In this document: positions 27,024-32,000 of the stretch, one piece after another | Position numbering within the stretch: the stretch's first letter is position 1 | How the letters are laid out: every line of letters starts with the position of its first letter | Source of the DNA: an uncultured Opitutales bacterium | Lineage (GTDB): Bacteria; Verrucomicrobiota; Verrucomicrobiia; Opitutales; UBA9783 | Reading direction: 5' to 3' | DNA length: 32,000 bases | NCBI GenBank assembly: GCA_934691225.1 | Contig: CAKUSQ010000001.1 | Coordinates: 30,001-62,000, forward strand | Program-made: the position numbers and the translations under genes | Notes under the pieces: model-generated | Database searches by the model: none | Seen by the model: only the letters and a program-made list of their open reading frames with translations | What the model was told of the DNA's origin: nothing

Positions 27024-28438
27024 AACTATTGGATGATTTTAAATATTTCAATCGCGTGAAAATTTTAAACCGATGGGTACAATTTTTTCTCATACTATTG
27101 CTATTCTTCGGATTTCAAACATTACTCCCCTATTTACAAGTTCGATTCGATTTTTCACAAAATCATCAAAATTCCCTCTGCAGCGAAACAAAAGCCTTTC
27201 TGCAATCCTTAAAACAACCTGTGCAACTTTTCTTATTAAAAGATAACAAACATCCTGACGACACTTTCACACGAAATTTCAAAAAATTGCTGCTAGACAT
27301 GCGTACTGAATTTTCTAAAAATAAGGGTGTTTTTGACTTTCAAGAAATCGATACATTAAAATCACCTAAAACATTGCTCCAAATCCAAGAACGTTACAAA
27401 TTTGAAGGTCATTCGGGGTTATTCATGGTTTTAGGGCAAAAAACGTTACTTATTCCTTTTGAAAACTTTTATAAAAACAAAATTTTCATAGGAGAAACCT
27501 GTTTGTTAAATGCATTGCAACAATTAACAGCTTCACCTAAAGTTGTTTACTGGCTTACAGGTCATGGAGAGCTAAGTGGACAAAATGTTCATCCAACAAA
27601 AGGTGGCTCTACAGCTTACAAATCTTTAAAACAATCCTATTGCGACATTCGATATTTAGAAACGTGCAATATCATTCCAGAAGATGCAGATACTATCGTT
27701 ATCTTTGGCCCACAACTTCCCTTTTTACCACAAGAATGTACACAATTAAAAAATTTTATTCAACAGCGACATGGACATGTTTGGATATGTCTAAACCCTA
27801 TCTATGAACATGGGCTGAATGAGTTCTTAAATACATTAGGTATAGCTTGTAAAGCAGATTTATTGTTAGATAACAGCAATGATTTTCTAAGTAACGATGG
27901 AAACTTGATCATTCGAAGATTCAACCAGCATGCGATCACTCAAGCCTTAATTCACAAAAACTTAGGTCTCGTTTTCGGACTTGCAACAACGCTAAAATTA
28001 AATGACGCACACCTATTTCCATGCGTATTATCCTCAGAATCCAGCTGGGTAAAAGCTTCTAATAACTTAAAAAATTTATCTTTTGATACTAAAAAAGATG
28101 CAACCGGCCCCTTTCCTTTATGTGCTGTCTATACCTCTTATTCATCTGATCATTTTGACTTAAAAATACCTCAAGGCAAAGCCGTTGTGATTTCTTGTGC
28201 AGATTGGCTAGACAATGGTCACTTTCAAATGCTGGGTAATCGCATTTTTTTTCAATCTATTTATCAGTTTTTAGAGAATGAAACTTATCTTTCAATACCT
28301 CCTACAGAACAAATAGAAAACGCTACCAAACTTATTATTTCACAACAAAAATTTCTTACATTAATTTTAAACTTCTTACTCCTTCCTTTTATTTTTTTAA
28401 TAGGAGGATTCATCACAACAATTATTAGAAAAGAATAA
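27020..28438 (+). CDS. GldG-like ABC-transporter-associated protein (N- and C-terminal TM anchors, large extracytoplasmic domain)
   Basis: 472 aa. N-terminal TM (WVQFFLILLLFFGFQTLL) and C-terminal TM (LLLPFIFLIGGFITTII) flank a large domain containing VYWLTGHGE. It sits after the GldA/GldF-like genes and overlaps the permease gene by 4 nt. Confidence 0.7.
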   Translation: MKLLDDFKYFNRVKILNRWVQFFLILLLFFGFQTLLPYLQVRFDFSQNHQNSLCSETKAFLQSLKQPVQLFLLKDNKHPDDTFTRNFKKLLLDMRTEFSKNKGVFDFQEIDTLKSPKTLLQIQERYKFEGHSGLFMVLGQKTLLIPFENFYKNKIFIGETCLLNALQQLTASPKVVYWLTGHGELSGQNVHPTKGGSTAYKSLKQSYCDIRYLETCNIIPEDADTIVIFGPQLPFLPQECTQLKNFIQQRHGHVWICLNPIYEHGLNEFLNTLGIACKADLLLDNSNDFLSNDGNLIIRRFNQHAITQALIHKNLGLVFGLATTLKLNDAHLFPCVLSSESSWVKASNNLKNLSFDTKKDATGPFPLCAVYTSYSSDHFDLKIPQGKAVVISCADWLDNGHFQMLGNRIFFQSIYQFLENETYLSIPPTEQIENATKLIISQQKFLTLILNFLLLPFIFLIGGFITTIIRKE

Positions 28439-28439
28439 T

Positions 28440-30155
28440 ATGTTACGCCTTGGTTTTACTATTTTTCTAACATTTCTTAATGTAATATGGATAACGTATT
28501 TCATTCGCTTTAGGATGCATCCAATCCAACATACGCCTCAATTTGAACTAAAAATACAAAATGATGCCTTTGATATCCAAACCATAGAATTTCAGAAGAG
28601 AACTGATAAAACTCATTGGCAATTTGAAAATATTAATCATCGATGGATGCTGAAAAGTCCCATTGTCTGGGAAGCGAATCCACTCGCTATCAGCGATTTT
28701 TTACAACAAATAACCAGCTTAAAACCTCAACTTTCGTTCAAAGTCGATCCGCATACAGACTTAAACGCTTATGGCTTATCGGTTCCTTTTTTAAAACTGA
28801 AATGCTCAACCCCCGAACACACTTACTTGCTGCAATTCGGTAGCCCTTCGCAAGCCAATGGTAAAGTGTACATTTTAGAAGTTGAAACTAACAAGATATT
28901 CATTACCGACGCCAATTTTTTGAACTGTTTGAATCTTTCGACGGAACAATGGTGCACACCCACTATTTTTCCCATCAACACTTTACAAAATATTAGTTTT
29001 GTTACCCCTACGCAAAAACTATATTTGAACTACAATCAAGGTATTTGGCATTTGAAAATTCCCACAGAAATTCAGGCCAATCAACAACATGTAATTACTA
29101 TATGCCATCAATTAATACAACTCGAATGTCTACGATTCTTATCTTCTTCGGACGTTAAAAATTGGCTCATTCCCTTTTCGCAGGACTCAAATCTTTATTA
29201 CCTCACTTTGACCAACGACAAAGGCTCCTACACATTAAAATTTTTACCTTACGATGAAGATCAACATTTATTTGTTGCTCAACGCAACAACGAAGGGCCC
29301 TTGTTTCTCTTTCAATCTACCTTCGTCGAACGCCTTTTAAATCCACAAGAAACATTGCGCGAACGCACTCTGTTTCACATTGATCTTAAGCAAGTCAAAA
29401 AAATTGTTTATTCAAACCAGGCTGAACAATTAGTTTTGCAACCTATTACAAAAAACAAATGGGAAATTTTACAAAATAAAAATAACAATTTTATTCAAGC
29501 TCAAAAAGCTTCGTTAAAACATATAGAACATTTTATAAATTCTATTAATGATATCTATGTTGAAAATTTTATACAAGACCCCATTGATTTAGACCAAAGC
29601 AAGTGTTTTAAACTTGAACTGCATAACGAAAGTAACACAACTTTAGCCACCTTTTATAGCCTTAAAGATAATTTTTACGTAAAATTTGATAACGAACCTA
29701 CGCTATTTCAATTAACCACCTTTAATGAAAAGCTGTTCACACAAAGCATAGAAAATTTTCAAGATAAAACCGTTTGGGCATGGAACACTGACGAACGTAT
29801 TTCTAATGTTACACTTTCGATTCCTAATGAAAAAAAGCAGATTCCTGTTCATTTAAATCAGTTTGATGAAAAACTTTTATCACAACTCACTGTAAAAAAA
29901 TGGGTTGATCGTGACCTAAAATACCCTATTTTCAATCCAAAATATTACATACTCGAAATCGAAACCACAGATTCGAGTAACATTGTTCGAACGTATACTT
30001 TGCAGTTTCTCGAAAGAATCAACGGCAACACACAATCAGGACAATATCTTTCAAAAAAATTCATCTTACCACAACCATGGATAGATTTCTTATTTAGACT
30101 CACACATCTCCCTTATTGGAATGAATTATCACAAAAATTTCATAAAAATCTATGA
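28440..30155 (+). CDS. DUF4340-like membrane-anchored protein
   Basis: 571 aa. Single N-terminal TM (FTIFLTFLNVIWITYFI), and the rest is predicted extracytoplasmic. A DUF4340 protein classically follows GldG-like genes. The assignment rests on context and architecture, not on a recognised motif. Confidence 0.5.
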   Translation: MLRLGFTIFLTFLNVIWITYFIRFRMHPIQHTPQFELKIQNDAFDIQTIEFQKRTDKTHWQFENINHRWMLKSPIVWEANPLAISDFLQQITSLKPQLSFKVDPHTDLNAYGLSVPFLKLKCSTPEHTYLLQFGSPSQANGKVYILEVETNKIFITDANFLNCLNLSTEQWCTPTIFPINTLQNISFVTPTQKLYLNYNQGIWHLKIPTEIQANQQHVITICHQLIQLECLRFLSSSDVKNWLIPFSQDSNLYYLTLTNDKGSYTLKFLPYDEDQHLFVAQRNNEGPLFLFQSTFVERLLNPQETLRERTLFHIDLKQVKKIVYSNQAEQLVLQPITKNKWEILQNKNNNFIQAQKASLKHIEHFINSINDIYVENFIQDPIDLDQSKCFKLELHNESNTTLATFYSLKDNFYVKFDNEPTLFQLTTFNEKLFTQSIENFQDKTVWAWNTDERISNVTLSIPNEKKQIPVHLNQFDEKLLSQLTVKKWVDRDLKYPIFNPKYYILEIETTDSSNIVRTYTLQFLERINGNTQSGQYLSKKFILPQPWIDFLFRLTHLPYWNELSQKFHKNL

Positions 30156-32000
30156 AAAAATTTTTGTGTCTCCAGGGCCTACTTCTAGGGTTAGGCATAA
30201 GCGTATGGTTTTGTTCAGAAATAACTTACGAATTATCCAACCCCTTGATCAAAAAGTTTTTGCATCTAAAATACCATCTAGAATGCTCAAAAATTCTATT
30301 GCATAAAAATACAATTACATTGCTCAATTGTAAATTTCAAAATGAAAAACTGCAATTCTCTTGCCCCACAATCATATTTTCGTTGAAAAATTTCTTAACA
30401 TCAAAATTTCTTCATCAAGTCACTATTCATCAAGCTTCAGGTAAAATAGATGATAATACTATTCATCATTTGACAGCGCACCTCCAAATAAAAAACAATA
30501 CTTATCGTGGATTTTGCACAACAGAATTTAATAATATTAAAAACATTAACATTTACTGCTCAAAATTTCTACCTATCGATGCTATTTACCACTTTTCTCC
30601 CACATCTATTATTCCACATTCCACCACTGAATTATCCATAAATTCATTACAAATTTACATTCCAAATGCAAAAATTTTACAAACCCATTATAAAATCACC
30701 GCTTTACGAACAAACCACTTTCAAGCAGACACCCTAATTGGGCAAACATTGCTGGGGCATGAACAAGTTTTTAATCGCATAAAAGCTACAGACATAACGT
30801 TTAATCATCACACTTTTACTAATTTATACGCAAATGTAAGCAATAACTCTACCTTTTCAACATTTACAAATCTGAACCTATCAGGTTACACTCATCTAGA
30901 TTTTATCAAAAATATACATTTTTTTGGGCATGCACCTGTTATTTATCTCGATAAGCCATTTGAAACACATGTTCAACTATCCAACGATCAAATAAATGCT
31001 TACGGGAAAATTTACCTAACAACAAACCTATCCATCTTAAAAACAGAAAAAATTGCAGGTAATTTTTCAGAAGGTTTATACAAACTTTTTGCAAAAAATT
31101 ATTCTATTCCTTACAAAATTAGACTGAAAAAAAACGTAAATTTTTTTGCTTACCTAAAACCATCCCATATTTCTTTGGCCTTAAATACGAAACATATTAT
31201 CATTGAACATCAACCTTTTAAATGCGTACGCGCTCATCTATCATTAAAAAACGATAATCATCTCGTTTATAAAATCAATTTTTCTCCTCAACTACACTTA
31301 GAAGGCAATCATTATTTTAAAGAAAAAACAGGCGATCTTATATGTCAAGGATACGTCGCTCCTGAACTTACATTTCCTTTAAATGATTGGCTACCTCCAT
31401 GGTGGCAAACTTTCATAAACCATTTTCAGTTTTACCAAAAATACCCTTACGCTAATTTTAAATTACAATGGAATGATGAAAAAAATACATCCCAACTTTT
31501 TGGTAATGTTCATATCAAACAGAGTTATTTTAAAAATATTCCGCTTGAAAAATTAAATGTAACCTTTGGTCATCAACCCAATTATTTTTATTTAAAAATT
31601 AACACTTTAAAAACAAAAGATGGAAGCGGTGCATGTGAAATTCACTGGCCTTACAGTGTTTCTAAATGGCCGCAAGAAGCCTGGATATTTAATGGAAATG
31701 GGATCTTTAATGTTCACGAATGGCAAGCTATTTTAGAAAATTTCATAGAAAACGCAAAAGCCGCAACTTCTTTAAATTTATTTGATACAAACTCTATCCT
31801 AAAGACACAATTTACAGGCACTATTTACAGTTATGAAACTTTAGAAAACCATCTAAATATTCATGCATTTTCCCCAGGAACCACAGTAAAAAATTTTCCT
31901 CTTAAAAATTTAACCTTTGATTATCGTTGGACACCTAATAAAACGTTACTGAAAAATATACACGGAAATCTATTCAATAAAGCACCATTTTCAGGCAAGG
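30152..32000 (+). CDS. Large membrane-anchored protein, 5' part only (>616 aa, continues beyond the window); tentative AsmA/TamB-like architecture
   Basis: Absent from the ORF track because no stop occurs in the window. The ATG at 30152 overlaps the upstream TGA (ATGA). I translated the frame codon by codon to 32000 with no stop: MKKFLCLQGLLLGLGISVWFCSE (signal/anchor), then long Asn/His/Ile/Thr-rich beta-strand-like sequence. The functional call is weak. Confidence 0.75.
   Translation, partial: MKKFLCLQGLLLGLGISVWFCSEITYELSNPLIKKFLHLKYHLECSKILLHKNTITLLNCKFQNEKLQFSCPTIIFSLKNFLTSKFLHQVTIHQASGKIDDNTIHHLTAHLQIKNNTYRGFCTTEFNNIKNINIYCSKFLPIDAIYHFSPTSIIPHSTTELSINSLQIYIPNAKILQTHYKITALRTNHFQADTLIGQTLLGHEQVFNRIKATDITFNHHTFTNLYANVSNNSTFSTFTNLNLSGYTHLDFIKNIHFFGHAPVIYLDKPFETHVQLSNDQINAYGKIYLTTNLSILKTEKIAGNFSEGLYKLFAKNYSIPYKIRLKKNVNFFAYLKPSHISLALNTKHIIIEHQPFKCVRAHLSLKNDNHLVYKINFSPQLHLEGNHYFKEKTGDLICQGYVAPELTFPLNDWLPPWWQTFINHFQFYQKYPYANFKLQWNDEKNTSQLFGNVHIKQSYFKNIPLEKLNVTFGHQPNYFYLKINTLKTKDGSGACEIHWPYSVSKWPQEAWIFNGNGIFNVHEWQAILENFIENAKAATSLNLFDTNSILKTQFTGTIYSYETLENHLNIHAFSPGTTVKNFPLKNLTFDYRWTPNKTLLKNIHGNLFNKAPFSGK

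Noticed and set aside
30121-30306. 61-aa ORF from the track at the DUF4340-like gene end
   Set aside because: The overlapping frame starting at 30152 is open for more than 616 codons with a plausible signal/anchor and ATGA coupling, so the short ORF is spurious.

Overview
AT-rich (roughly one-third G+C by eye, not computed), very compact bacterial chromosome segment. Summing my calls, well over 90% is coding. Many gene junctions overlap by 1-4 nt, and two convergent gene pairs have zero or negative spacing. Most of the window is housekeeping or transport: a partial ABC-F ATPase, a NitT/TauT-type ABC ATPase+permease pair, tRNA-Phe(GAA), a stand-alone RfaE-domain-II adenylyltransferase coupled to a permease-less ABC binding-protein+ATPase pair, a TPR lipoprotein, miaA, a CapD/WbpM-type membrane sugar dehydratase, rpsA, an oppD-sufC-sufB-sufD-DUF59 operon, Opp/Dpp-type permeases, a pseudopilin plus GspF, and a five-gene ABC-2/GldF-like/GldG-like/DUF4340-like/large-protein operon that runs off the 3' edge. 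The repertoire (prepilin-type protein, GldG/DUF4340 module, S1 sequence style) suggests a PVC-type (Verrucomicrobiota/Chlamydiota-like), possibly host-associated organism; this is inference only. The one clearly accessory locus is 11.6-17.3 kb. There a Sec-signal class-3 lipase-like gene is divergently paired with a tight three-gene operon (127 aa, then tandem paralogs of 572 and 597 aa) that I cannot place in any family. The paralogs have no Sec signal or TM segment, share Ser/Asn/Ile-rich N-termini, and share a highly conserved core. Their central and C-terminal helices are collinear with what I recall of the IpaD/SipD/BipD type III secretion tip family. That is my best candidate for an undescribed secreted or host-interaction module, but it rests on manual pattern matching and needs profile and structure searches. 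I saw no CRISPR array, IS element, integrase, phage gene or rRNA.
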